From: a virus
UHGV virus genome: UHGV-0208947
Reading direction: 5' to 3' (one strand)
Length of the DNA: 43,224 bases
Each line of letters opens with the position of its first letter. Position 1 is the stretch's first letter. The notes beneath the pieces were generated by a model. That model had not been told where the DNA came from and searched no databases. It saw nothing but the letters and a program-made list of their open reading frames with translations. The translations under genes and the position numbers were made by a program. This document shows positions 35,191 to 43,224 of this stretch, one piece after another.

Positions 35191-36255
35191 ATGTCTCTTA
35201 ACTGGATGCGCCATTTTGAGCTGCAACTGTTGGACCAGAACGGGCAGGGCGTTTCCCTGTCTAACTTTAAGGTCACGTTCCAGATCGAGTGGGCAGACAC
35301 ACGCTGGCCGCGCGTGGCGAACGTGAAAATTTACAACCTTTCGACCGATACCACGAACAAGATACTTGGGCAGGAGTTTGCCAAAATTCGCATCATTGCC
35401 GGGTATGACGGTATAGCGCCGGATGTTGATGCGAGCCAGGTTGGTGTGTCCCGGGAGATTTCACCAGACCAGATAGGGCAGGTGAACGGTCAGAACTACG
35501 GCCTGATTTTTGACGGTGATATTCGCTTCACCGTCACCGGGAAGGACAACATTACGGATTCCTGGGTGTTGATTCAGGCCATTGGTGATCACGAAGCGTT
35601 CCTCTATGCGACCACCATCACCACGCTTGCCGCTGGCTATACCGTTGCGGATCTGCACCGGGCGACGATGCAGGATTTCAACGCGTTCGGCGTGACACAG
35701 GGCATTACCGGCGATTTTCCTGATACCGTGTTTCCTCGTGGCCGCGCGATTTACTCATCCAGCCGCAACGTGATGGATAATATTGCTGCGCAGTGCAAAG
35801 CGACATGGCAACTGGTGGATGGTCGGGTCCAGATGGTGCCGGAGGATAAATATATTCACGAAGCCATTGTGTTGAATGCCAATACTGGCCTGATCGGTAT
35901 GCCGCAACAGACAATGGGCGGCGGCGTAAACGTGCGGTGCCTGATAAACCCAAACATCCGCATTAATGGTCTTATCCAGCTCGATCAGGCTTCGGTGTAC
36001 CGCGCCACGCTCGGCAATAGCGAAATAGCACAGTCGCCCGGGCGTATCACCGAAACAGAAGAGAACGGCAACCGTGTGCTGACCGGCACGACGTCACAGG
36101 CTGCCAGCATTGCGACGGATGGCGTTTATATCGTCAAAGCTATCGACTATACTGGCGACACCAGAGGTCAGGCGTGGTACATGGATTTGATGTGTTTTGC
36201 GCGTGGCGCTCGTGATCTTTATAGCCCGAAAGCAATGCAAGGGACGACGAATTAG
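35191..36255 (+). CDS. Baseplate hub/tail protein (Mu gpP-like)
   Basis: 354-aa ORF preceding the spike gene. Confidence 0.5.
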   Translation: MSLNWMRHFELQLLDQNGQGVSLSNFKVTFQIEWADTRWPRVANVKIYNLSTDTTNKILGQEFAKIRIIAGYDGIAPDVDASQVGVSREISPDQIGQVNGQNYGLIFDGDIRFTVTGKDNITDSWVLIQAIGDHEAFLYATTITTLAAGYTVADLHRATMQDFNAFGVTQGITGDFPDTVFPRGRAIYSSSRNVMDNIAAQCKATWQLVDGRVQMVPEDKYIHEAIVLNANTGLIGMPQQTMGGGVNVRCLINPNIRINGLIQLDQASVYRATLGNSEIAQSPGRITETEENGNRVLTGTTSQAASIATDGVYIVKAIDYTGDTRGQAWYMDLMCFARGARDLYSPKAMQGTTN

Positions 36256-36267
36256 TGAGGTGGGGCC

Positions 36268-36612
36268 GTGAGACATTTACTTTGCACTGTTACCGTGTTC
36301 GCGGTGCTTATATCAGCACCCGCTTTTGCGGATCAGCAATGTGGTGATTTTAAAATCCATTGGGCAGATGATGGCTTAGCCAGAATCAATGGCGCAAAGC
36401 CAGAAATGCAAAAAATCACCTTCCTGAAAAACAAAGGCGATTATAACAATATCAAGATGGATTGGCGTATGGCTACCGATCAGCCTGGAAGATGGGTTGG
36501 TCTTGAGTACATCAATCGAAACGGCAAGATAATTCTCAATGCCCAGTGGCTGCAAGCCAGCATGAATGCGCCGCGTCAGTATGCAACCTATGATTGTATA
36601 AAGGTGAAATGA
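36268..36612 (+). CDS. Small secreted protein (signal peptide, two Cys), moron of unknown function
   Basis: MRHLLCTVTVFAVLISAPAFA-DQQC... signal peptide; AT-rich; inserted between baseplate genes. Confidence 0.55.
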   Translation: MRHLLCTVTVFAVLISAPAFADQQCGDFKIHWADDGLARINGAKPEMQKITFLKNKGDYNNIKMDWRMATDQPGRWVGLEYINRNGKIILNAQWLQASMNAPRQYATYDCIKVK

Positions 36613-37158
36613 GTGGCAGGTAAGGGACTGTCAACTATTGGCCCTTTGGATCTGGCATCTCTAAATGATGATAACTTTGTAATCACCATTGTTTTTCCTC
36701 ATTCGACGGCAAAAAATTATCCAATGGCTGTAGCCATTGCTGAGCTTTCAGATGTAAATAAAATTGGTGAGATAGCAGGGAAAAAATTCCATTTAGCGTC
36801 CTTTAGTAAAACGCCTGATCAACTATCAAGAGCTGCAAACCTATGTTATCTGGTGTATGGAATTACTGGCGTTCAAGCCTTTATTAACGGTGAGTTGGTT
36901 GTAAATGTTCAGGAGTTATCATCTTCTCTTGGATGTTATGCTCGATCACTAAAAGCCAACAATCAGCAGTCTTATTGCGAATGCGTTTCTAACTACCCGG
37001 GCAACTACCTTTTACCTTGCCGTTTACTTAGGGGGTGGGAAGGCGGAGTGTCCGATAAATTGCCATTTAGTTTGGCTGACCAAATACAAGCATTGGCAGT
37101 AAGTAAAGGGTGTAGTTGGTGTCCCAATTTCCACCCAGAAAAGATGAAGCGAATTTAA
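36613..37158 (+). CDS. Cys-rich hypothetical protein (second gene of the moron cassette)
   Basis: GTG start abutting the upstream stop; 181 aa with CxC...C...CxxC; followed by a strong terminator. Confidence 0.45.
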   Translation: MAGKGLSTIGPLDLASLNDDNFVITIVFPHSTAKNYPMAVAIAELSDVNKIGEIAGKKFHLASFSKTPDQLSRAANLCYLVYGITGVQAFINGELVVNVQELSSSLGCYARSLKANNQQSYCECVSNYPGNYLLPCRLLRGWEGGVSDKLPFSLADQIQALAVSKGCSWCPNFHPEKMKRI

Positions 37159-37165
37159 TAACACA

Positions 37166-37191
37166 AACCCGCCGCCGAGCGGGTTTTTTTT
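37166..37191 (+). terminator. Rho-independent terminator closing the moron cassette
   Basis: CCCGC-CGCCGA-GCGGG hairpin followed by T8. Confidence 0.6.
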
Positions 37192-37202
37192 ATGGGGTTT
37201 TT

Positions 37203-37943
37203 ATGCCAATTCCAACTCAATCACAGATCGGCGGTGAGCAGCAGACCGCGCAGGCCATTGCCGATTCGGTGTCTACCCAGATGCGCGTAGCGATGCCCGG
37301 CATCATTCAGTCGTTCGATCCTGATACTGTTACCTGCACGGTAGAGGTAGCGCTTCGCGGTATCGTTGGCGATGGCTCCACCGAATTAAAACCGCTGGTG
37401 GATGTGCCGGTTATCTTCCCGCGTGGCGGCGGTTGTACGCTGACTTTTCCGGTTAAAGAAGGCGACGAGTGCCTGCTGCTCTTTGCCGACCGTTGCATCG
37501 ATTTCTGGTGGCAGAGCGGCGGCGTTCAGGAGACCGTCGATCCGCGACAGCATGACTTATCTGATGCGTTCGCCATCGTTGGCCCGCAGTCGCAAGCACA
37601 GAAAATCAGCGGTATCAGTACCAGCGCCGCGCAGCTGCGAACCGATGATGGTGCGGCGTTCGTAGAGGTTGCCGCAGGACATAACATCACCGTTCAAACA
37701 CCGGGCCAGCTCACGGCTACGGCTGAAGGTGGAACGACAATCACATCCCCGACTATCACGCTGAACGGCAACGTAACGATTAATGGCAATCTGTCTCAGG
37801 GAATGGGCGAAAGTGGCGGTACTGCGACGATGCTTGGGCCGGTGACGGTGACTAACGATGTGAAGGCTGGAGGTAAGAGCCTCATCCAGCATACCCATGG
37901 CGGTGTGCAGAATGGCAGCGGGAATACTACCGCGCCTAATTAA
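37203..37943 (+). CDS. Baseplate spike/assembly protein V-like
   Basis: ATG at 37203 (MPIPTQSQIGGEQQTAQAIADSV...); Gly-rich C-terminus; precedes W-like and J-like baseplate genes. Confidence 0.6.
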   Translation: MPIPTQSQIGGEQQTAQAIADSVSTQMRVAMPGIIQSFDPDTVTCTVEVALRGIVGDGSTELKPLVDVPVIFPRGGGCTLTFPVKEGDECLLLFADRCIDFWWQSGGVQETVDPRQHDLSDAFAIVGPQSQAQKISGISTSAAQLRTDDGAAFVEVAAGHNITVQTPGQLTATAEGGTTITSPTITLNGNVTINGNLSQGMGESGGTATMLGPVTVTNDVKAGGKSLIQHTHGGVQNGSGNTTAPN

Positions 37944-37961
37944 AAACTACCAAACAGACAA

Positions 37962-37995
37962 AAGCCCCGGGTGCGCTAACACTTCGGGGCTTTTT
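37962..37995 (+). terminator. Hairpin plus T-run after the spike gene (terminator or attenuator)
   Basis: GCCCCG...CGGGGC stem followed by TTTTT. Confidence 0.45.
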
Positions 37996-38069
37996 ACTTT
38001 CTGCACCTTGAGGATAGCAAGGGAGAATATGTGATTAATTTTAGCAAACTGATACGGGAGTTGCGAGTC

Positions 38070-38168
38070 ATGGGCGAAAAACTACCCAACTGGAAATTCT
38101 TCCTCATCTGGGCCGTGTTCTTTTTATTCGGTCTGTCAAGCGTTATTAGCGCTATACGCTGGTGGTGA
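38070..38168 (+). CDS. Possible 32-aa membrane peptide
   Basis: MGEKLPNWKFFLIWAVFFLFGLSSVISAIRWW; GGGAG upstream; in-frame GTG at 38031 would give 45 aa; could be spurious. Confidence 0.2.
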   Translation: MGEKLPNWKFFLIWAVFFLFGLSSVISAIRWW

Positions 38169-38171
38169 TTT

Positions 38172-38525
38172 ATGCGATACCGACGCGAAGATGCTGACGG
38201 CGATTACACTTTCGGGCAGGGTGACAACACCTTCCTTATCGACAGCCCGGAGTGCGTTGCCCAGGCCGTAAAAACCCGTTTCGAGCTGTGGCGAGGTCAG
38301 TGGTTTCTCGACCTGACAGAAGGCACGCCGTATGTCCAGTCAGTGCTGGGTAAGCAGCGTTCTGACGTCTACATCCTGGCTATACGCGAACGCATACAGG
38401 ACACACCGGGCGTTCTGTCGATTCTTTCCTTTGATACCAATTATGACGGCACCAGTCGCCGCGTTACCTTCACCTCCTCCATTGACACAATCTACGGCCA
38501 GACGACTGTAACAAGCGAGGCATAA
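38172..38525 (+). CDS. Baseplate protein, GPW/gp25-like (candidate)
   Basis: 117-aa ORF immediately upstream of the J-like baseplate gene. Confidence 0.5.
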   Translation: MRYRREDADGDYTFGQGDNTFLIDSPECVAQAVKTRFELWRGQWFLDLTEGTPYVQSVLGKQRSDVYILAIRERIQDTPGVLSILSFDTNYDGTSRRVTFTSSIDTIYGQTTVTSEA

Positions 38526-39725
38526 ATGGCTTTGAACCTCGACACGCTGGGGCTATCGGCAACGGTAACCGCCCAGGGGATTAGTGCGCCTGATTACCAG
38601 ACAATCCTAGATACACTGACCAGCTATTTCAGGCAGATTTACGGTAGTGATGCCTACCTCGAACCAGACAGCAAAGACGGGCAGATGGTCGCGCTGGTGG
38701 CTCTTGCCGTGCATGACGCTAACAACACCGCTATCGGGATCTACAACTCTTTTTCACCGACGACAGCGCAGGCCGCAGCGCTTAGCAGCAATGTAAAAAT
38801 TAACGGGATCACGCGAAAAGTAGCGACAAACTCTACAGCTGACCTTCTGTTAACCGGTACGGCAGGCACGACTATCTCGAATGGTTCTGCACGGGATAAA
38901 AACGGCATAATCTGGAATTTTCCAGCGAGTGTAGCGATCGGCGTTGATGGTACTGTGCTGGTGACGGCCACATGTGCGAATAGCGGTTCGGTTGCGGCGA
39001 TGGCCGGGACTATCACCACCATTAACACACCGACTCGCGGCTGGGTGTCGGTAACCAACCCGGCTGCGGCTACTGTCGGTTCACCAGCAGAAACCGACGC
39101 AGAGCTGCGCATTCGGCAGGGGCAAAGCGTAGCGCTATCATCGATCACACCGTTTGAAGGCGTCGACGGTGCGATCGCCAACGTTGCGGGCGTGACACGT
39201 CACAAGCTCTACGAAAATGATACTGGAGCAACCGACAGCAACGGGTTGCCACCGCATTCAATTTCCGCCATCGTTGAGGGAGGGGATGTTACTGAAATAG
39301 CCCAGACCATCAGGGGGAATAAAGGGCAGGGAACCGCAACTTACGGTACAACTTCTGTCACCGTGCCGGATACTTACGGTAATCCTCACGTCATCAGTTT
39401 TTCGCGTTCTACCGATGTGCCAATTTTTGTAGCCATTACCCTGAAAGTTTTTACCGGGTATACATCTCAAATCGGCGAGCAGATAAAACAGGCTGTTGCC
39501 GATTATATAAATGGCCTGGCAATTGGCGATGACGTTCTGCTGAGTCGTATTTATTCCCCGGCAAACCTTGGCGTGGTAAGCGGAGGCAGTGCTCGCTATT
39601 ACGACATTCAGGAGCTGCTCATCGGCAAATCCTCTGACTCAGTCGCAAGCGGAAATATCGATATTGCTTATGACGAATCTGCGTCATGCGTTGCGAGTCA
39701 CGTCACTATCACGGTGACCTCATGA
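38526..39725 (+). CDS. Baseplate J-like protein
   Basis: 399-aa ORF in the conserved V-W-J baseplate order. Confidence 0.65.
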   Translation: MALNLDTLGLSATVTAQGISAPDYQTILDTLTSYFRQIYGSDAYLEPDSKDGQMVALVALAVHDANNTAIGIYNSFSPTTAQAAALSSNVKINGITRKVATNSTADLLLTGTAGTTISNGSARDKNGIIWNFPASVAIGVDGTVLVTATCANSGSVAAMAGTITTINTPTRGWVSVTNPAAATVGSPAETDAELRIRQGQSVALSSITPFEGVDGAIANVAGVTRHKLYENDTGATDSNGLPPHSISAIVEGGDVTEIAQTIRGNKGQGTATYGTTSVTVPDTYGNPHVISFSRSTDVPIFVAITLKVFTGYTSQIGEQIKQAVADYINGLAIGDDVLLSRIYSPANLGVVSGGSARYYDIQELLIGKSSDSVASGNIDIAYDESASCVASHVTITVTS

Positions 39726-40402
39726 GCAAATACACCGAACTGATCACTAACTACCATGCTACCAAGCCACTCTTTTTTGACCATATAGATCTGAGCACCC
39801 GCCCGCTGATTGATGTGTCCAGCACTATGTCAGGGCTTGTAACAGCCTTCGATATCGATACGGCGGTTGGCGTGCAACTCGATATCCTCGGCCTGTGGAT
39901 TGGGCGTAGTCGTATAGTCAGCCAGCCAATTAGCGGCGTTTATTTCAGCTGGGACACTGACGGGCTCGGATATGACCAGGGCATCTGGCAAGGGCCATAT
40001 GATCCTGATTCTGGCTATACGACGCTGAGTGATGAGACGTACCGCATCATTCTGAAAGCGAAAATCGCTATCAACAACTGGGATGGTCGGAACGACTCTC
40101 TGCCTCCCATCCTTGACGCTGCTACCGCAGGCTCTGGACTGAAGATGCAGATCGTCGATAACCAGGACATGACGATATCGGTCTGGGTTTTTCCCGAGAC
40201 TGATATTTCTGATGTGTCACTCGAACTGATAGCCGCTATCAAACAGGGTTATCTCACCGTTAAAGCTGCTGGTGTATGGGCTGGCGGCGTTGAAACACCC
40301 TCAGTCGAAACACCGTCCGAAGGAACAAAATTCTTTGGATTTGACATGGATAACGAATACATCGCCGGTTTTAATGACGGCGCATGGGGGAGATTACTTT
40401 AA
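39722..40402 (+). CDS. Tail protein (Mu gp48 / P2 gpI-like position)
   Basis: ATG at 39722 overlapping the previous stop; 226 aa; precedes the tail fibre gene. Confidence 0.5.
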   Translation: MSKYTELITNYHATKPLFFDHIDLSTRPLIDVSSTMSGLVTAFDIDTAVGVQLDILGLWIGRSRIVSQPISGVYFSWDTDGLGYDQGIWQGPYDPDSGYTTLSDETYRIILKAKIAINNWDGRNDSLPPILDAATAGSGLKMQIVDNQDMTISVWVFPETDISDVSLELIAAIKQGYLTVKAAGVWAGGVETPSVETPSEGTKFFGFDMDNEYIAGFNDGAWGRLL

Positions 40403-41130
40403 TGGCTGGAACTAATGATTTTAAAGCGTTTGCGACAGATGCTAATGCAAATGTTACCTCGCAGGAGGAATGGGAGACGCTAACCGCACTGAAGAAAGGA
40501 TTCTCCTCGGGTAAAGCATCCAGCGCACAGGTCAGTAAAGCGCTGCGCCAACCGTCGACGATGGCGGCTGTACTGGGGCAGTTTATCGCGAACGCCGAAC
40601 TGGACGCGCTCGATGATGGTGACGTTGATGGACTGGTGGCAAAGCTGGCGACAGCGATTACCACAAACCTTGGTTTGGGAGAAGGCTCTGCATTACCTGT
40701 TGGTGTCCCTGTTCCGTGGCCTTCAGCCACTCCGCCAACAGGCTGGCTGAAATGCAATGGTGCAGCTTTTTCTGCTGAAGAATACCCGGAACTGGCAAAG
40801 GCTTATCCGACAAATAAATTGCCTGATTTACGTGGTGAGTTTATTCGTGGCTGGGATGACGGTCGTTCAGTAGATACTGGTCGCAGCGTTATGTCTGCAC
40901 AGAGAGCGCGTGTTGGTTATATTAAATTTGATATGGGAATTTATGGTATTCCTGCAGGTACGGGCTCACTTATTTTGTCCAATGATATCTTAATTACGGG
41001 TCATGACAGTAATGGCTCAAGCCTATTACTGAACAACTCTAATGAGCGGGCAATTGGTGAAATGTATGTCGTTCCTGCCGATACTCGCCCACAAAATATT
41101 GCATTTAACTATATCGTGAGGGCCGCATAA
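40402..41130 (+). CDS. Tail fibre protein (constant N-terminus plus currently expressed variable C-terminus with tail-collar-like motif)
   Basis: ...GWLKCNGAAFSAEEYPELAKAY...LPDLRGEFIRG resembles the phage tail collar/fibre domain; the hix-like crossover site lies within the gene at 40658-40683. Confidence 0.75.
   Translation: MAGTNDFKAFATDANANVTSQEEWETLTALKKGFSSGKASSAQVSKALRQPSTMAAVLGQFIANAELDALDDGDVDGLVAKLATAITTNLGLGEGSALPVGVPVPWPSATPPTGWLKCNGAAFSAEEYPELAKAYPTNKLPDLRGEFIRGWDDGRSVDTGRSVMSAQRARVGYIKFDMGIYGIPAGTGSLILSNDILITGHDSNGSSLLLNNSNERAIGEMYVVPADTRPQNIAFNYIVRAA
40658..40683. promoter_or_regulatory. Left inversion crossover site (hix/gix-like 26 bp) inside the tail fibre gene
   Basis: TTACCACAAACCTTGGTTTGGGAGAA; its reverse complement shares the first 14 bp (TTCTCCCAAACCAA) with the site at 42591-42616. 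Confidence 0.6.
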
Positions 41131-41732
41131 TGAATAATGCAGAATTAAATAGTGAATTGATTGCTACTGCGGCAGGGAATATTACTGTTTATAACTATGA
41201 TGGTGAGACGCGAGAGTATACTACTACATCAACTGAATATCTTGCTGTGGGTGTCGGTATCCCGGCAAGTTCCTGTTTAGATACTCCTGGCTCATATAAA
41301 GCTGGTTATGCAATCTGCCGTTCTGCAGATTTTAACTCATGGGAATATGTGCCAGACCATCGCGGTGAAATCGTCTTTAGCACCGAAACAGGAGAATCAA
41401 AAGAAATCACAGCTCCGGGTGATTACCCTAATAATACAACCACTATCGCCCCATTAACGCCATACGATAAATGGGATGGTGAGAAATGGGTGACGGATAC
41501 TGAGGCACAGCATAGCGCCGCAGTAGACGCGGCAGAAGCACAGCGTCAGTCACTGATTGATGCTGCAATGGCTTCCATCAGTCTGATTCAGCTGAAATTA
41601 CAGGCCGGACGGAAGTTGATGCAGGCAGAAACAACCCGGCTTAACGCTGTGCTGGATTACATTGACGCGGTGACGGCAACAAATACCAGCACCGCGCCGG
41701 ATGTCATCTGGCCTGAACTGCCGGAGGAGTAG
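41130..41732 (+). CDS. Tail fibre assembly protein (chaperone)
   Basis: 200 aa; C-terminal ...TNTSTAPDVIWPELPEE typical of Tfa proteins; coupled to the tail fibre gene. Confidence 0.7.
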   Translation: MNNAELNSELIATAAGNITVYNYDGETREYTTTSTEYLAVGVGIPASSCLDTPGSYKAGYAICRSADFNSWEYVPDHRGEIVFSTETGESKEITAPGDYPNNTTTIAPLTPYDKWDGEKWVTDTEAQHSAAVDAAEAQRQSLIDAAMASISLIQLKLQAGRKLMQAETTRLNAVLDYIDAVTATNTSTAPDVIWPELPEE

Positions 41733-42147
41733 GCCATTCAATATCTGGCGCACCGGAAGTATCGACCAGTTCCAGTGCGTCCAGATAATCCAGCCACGAA
41801 TTATATTGCGCCAGTTCCTCGCCTTTCAGACGACCAATAGCAGCTTTGCCAGGCCACTGATGGGTATTGATGTAGGTATTGACTTCTGAAACCAAAGATA
41901 TTTTTTTCATTTCAGCCGTCAACACCTCATCCTCTTTTGAAGGGGGTGGGGAATTAATCCATACTGGCCGTCCTGAACTATCAGCGCCAATTTCTTTCCC
42001 TTCTGGATGCAGACCAAGAAATTGCTCATATGTTTCTCTGGTAATTTCAATAACATCATCAGGAAGCGTTCCCGCATCCTCATATTCTGGAAACAATTCT
42101 TGCAGATAAAAACTTTTACTTCCGGGTGAAAAGAATACTGAGTTCAT
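41704..42147 (-). CDS. Alternative tail fibre assembly protein (inverted orientation)
   Basis: 147 aa; C-terminal ...DTSGAPDIEWPTPPAVQAR parallels the plus-strand Tfa; convergent overlap. Confidence 0.7.
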   Translation of the reverse strand: MNSVFFSPGSKSFYLQELFPEYEDAGTLPDDVIEITRETYEQFLGLHPEGKEIGADSSGRPVWINSPPPSKEDEVLTAEMKKISLVSEVNTYINTHQWPGKAAIGRLKGEELAQYNSWLDYLDALELVDTSGAPDIEWPTPPAVQAR

Positions 42148-42149
42148 TA

Positions 42150-42623
42150 TTACCGTCCAATGATTAACGCTGAGACGCTGGTATCTGAAGGAAAGTCTGC
42201 ATTCAGTGGTTTGTCGACTTTGAATACAATCGTATTATTCCCCCGGACAGCGGCAAAAGAACAAACCGCCGTCGCGTATGAACCTGTAATATTACTGAAT
42301 ACACCACCATAGGCTGTTGTTGATACCAGAGGGATAACGCCCAGCACCTTATTAGGAAATACAAAGGGCAATGTGGCTGTGGCAATATAAGACTTATTAG
42401 AACCTGTAATGGCATAAGCATTATCAGTCATTCCATTCATCGCCACTGGACCGCTTATACTTACAGTAACCATCTGAGTGATTAGCCCGTCAGGTTGACG
42501 AATCACAAAATTTCCATTGCCACCAGTAACCGTCCAGAAAGACATATCAGGGATTTGGTTTTCCCCGTTGCCCACATTCCTTTTTGCCGCTTCTCCCAAA
42601 CCAACCTTTTTTATAACCATCAA
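42150..42623 (-). CDS. Alternative tail fibre variable C-terminal cassette (silent in this orientation)
   Basis: N-terminal ...KKVGLGEAAKRN... reads through the right hix-like site and shares the GLGE junction with the constant part of the plus-strand fibre (..TTNLGLGEGS..). Confidence 0.65.
   Translation of the reverse strand: MMVIKKVGLGEAAKRNVGNGENQIPDMSFWTVTGGNGNFVIRQPDGLITQMVTVSISGPVAMNGMTDNAYAITGSNKSYIATATLPFVFPNKVLGVIPLVSTTAYGGVFSNITGSYATAVCSFAAVRGNNTIVFKVDKPLNADFPSDTSVSALIIGR
42591..42616. promoter_or_regulatory. Right inversion crossover site (hix/gix-like 26 bp)
   Basis: TTCTCCCAAACCAACCTTTTTTATAA; compare hixL TTCTTGAAAACCAAGGTTTTTGATAA as recalled. Confidence 0.6.
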
Positions 42624-42675
42624 AAATCTGGTGATGCTTCGCCGTTTCTCCTGTTTTCATAACAGGAGAAATCCC

Positions 42676-43224
42676 ATGATTTACGGTTATGCCCGAGTAT
42701 CAACAAACCACCAGGACACTGAATTGCAACTAACGGCGCTCAAGTCAGCGGGTTGTGAGAAAATTTTTGAAGAGCATGCCAGCGGGAGGAAATCGAATCG
42801 GCCGGTTCTAAAACGGCTGATCGCCACTATGCAGCCGGGGGATGAACTGGTGGTCTGGAAGCTGGACAGGATAGGCCGCAACGTTCTGCATGCGCTGTTG
42901 ATGTTCCAGCAGTTACAGGAAAAGGGTATCAACTTCCGCAGTATTACCGATGGCGTGGATCTCAAAACAGCCAGCGGCCGCTATAACTTTCGTAACATCC
43001 TTTCCGCAGCACAATATGAATCTGATCTTAATAGCGAACGTACCTTAGCAGGGCTGGCCGTAGCCAGGGCAAAAGGGCGAGTTGGTGGTCGCAGGCCTAA
43101 GTTCACGGATGAGCAATGGTGGGAAATGGGGGAGCGGATGGCAACCGGTGAATCACGACAAAGCGTATCAAAAACATATGGAGTAGGGCTCTCAACTCTG
43201 TATAAAAAGTTTCCAGCTAGCTGA
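42676..43224 (+). CDS. Serine DNA invertase (Gin/Hin/Pin/Cin family)
   Basis: ATG at 42676 after AGGAGA; MIYGYARVSTNHQDTELQ... with catalytic Ser in YARVST, VVWKLDRIGRN, C-terminal HTH ...GLSTLYKKFPAS; ends with TGA at the last window base. Confidence 0.85.
   Translation: MIYGYARVSTNHQDTELQLTALKSAGCEKIFEEHASGRKSNRPVLKRLIATMQPGDELVVWKLDRIGRNVLHALLMFQQLQEKGINFRSITDGVDLKTASGRYNFRNILSAAQYESDLNSERTLAGLAVARAKGRVGGRRPKFTDEQWWEMGERMATGESRQSVSKTYGVGLSTLYKKFPAS

Larger units (their letters stand above)
40671..42603. mobile_element. Invertible tail-fibre host-range segment (Mu G / P1 C / e14 P-segment type)
   Basis: Bounded by inverted 26-bp hix-like sites; contains a variable fibre C-terminus plus Tfa in one orientation and a second Tfa plus start-less alternative fibre C-terminus in the other; invertase gene immediately adjacent. 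Confidence 0.65.
1400..43224. mobile_element. Integrated mosaic temperate prophage (lambdoid early/lysis region joined to a Mu-like morphogenesis module); left end near the kch/int junction, right end beyond the window
   Basis: Continuous phage gene content from integrase to invertase next to a host channel gene; exact att core not identified. Confidence 0.75.

Noticed and set aside
1-43224. CRISPR arrays or rRNA genes
   Set aside because: No regularly spaced direct repeats with unique spacers and no rRNA-like conserved stretches were seen; the only periodic repeats are the O-gene iterons, the operator motifs and the RecE internal repeats.

Overview
The window opens inside a host K+ channel gene (kch-like, minus strand, TVGYGD filter, 1-960) and then runs about 42 kb through what reads as an integrated, mosaic temperate prophage that continues past the window end. 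Left to right: a P4-type tyrosine integrase interrupted by an in-frame amber codon, with TGTGTACCC direct repeats just upstream; an AlpA-like gene; a leftward RecE-like/RecT-like recombination module; a lambda-style immunity region (DicA/CI-like repressor, Cro/YdaS-like gene, identical 17-bp operator palindromes on both sides). Directly downstream of the repressor, in the position lambda uses for rexAB, sits an AT-rich 434-467 aa gene whose N- and C-termini carry HslV/proteasome-beta-like threonine-peptidase signatures; this is my top candidate for an undescribed accessory or defence function. Then come O/P-like replication genes with iterons, a nin-like region (two C5-methyltransferase 3' remnants flanking a small moron, LexA box plus DinI-like gene, YbcO-like, RusA, Q-like), a lysis cassette (holin, GH19 endolysin, Rz/Rz1), and a Mu-like head and contractile-tail module (terminase, portal, MuF-like, protease/scaffold, major capsid, sheath, tube, chaperone with a -1 frameshift site, tape measure with SLT domain, baseplate). 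AT-rich moron cassettes interrupt the late region after Q, between the terminase genes and inside the baseplate cluster. The window ends with an invertible tail-fibre segment bounded by hix/gix-like inverted repeats and a Gin/Hin-family invertase. No rRNA, tRNA or CRISPR array was seen. All family assignments come from reading the translated ORFs and motifs by eye; no database search was run.
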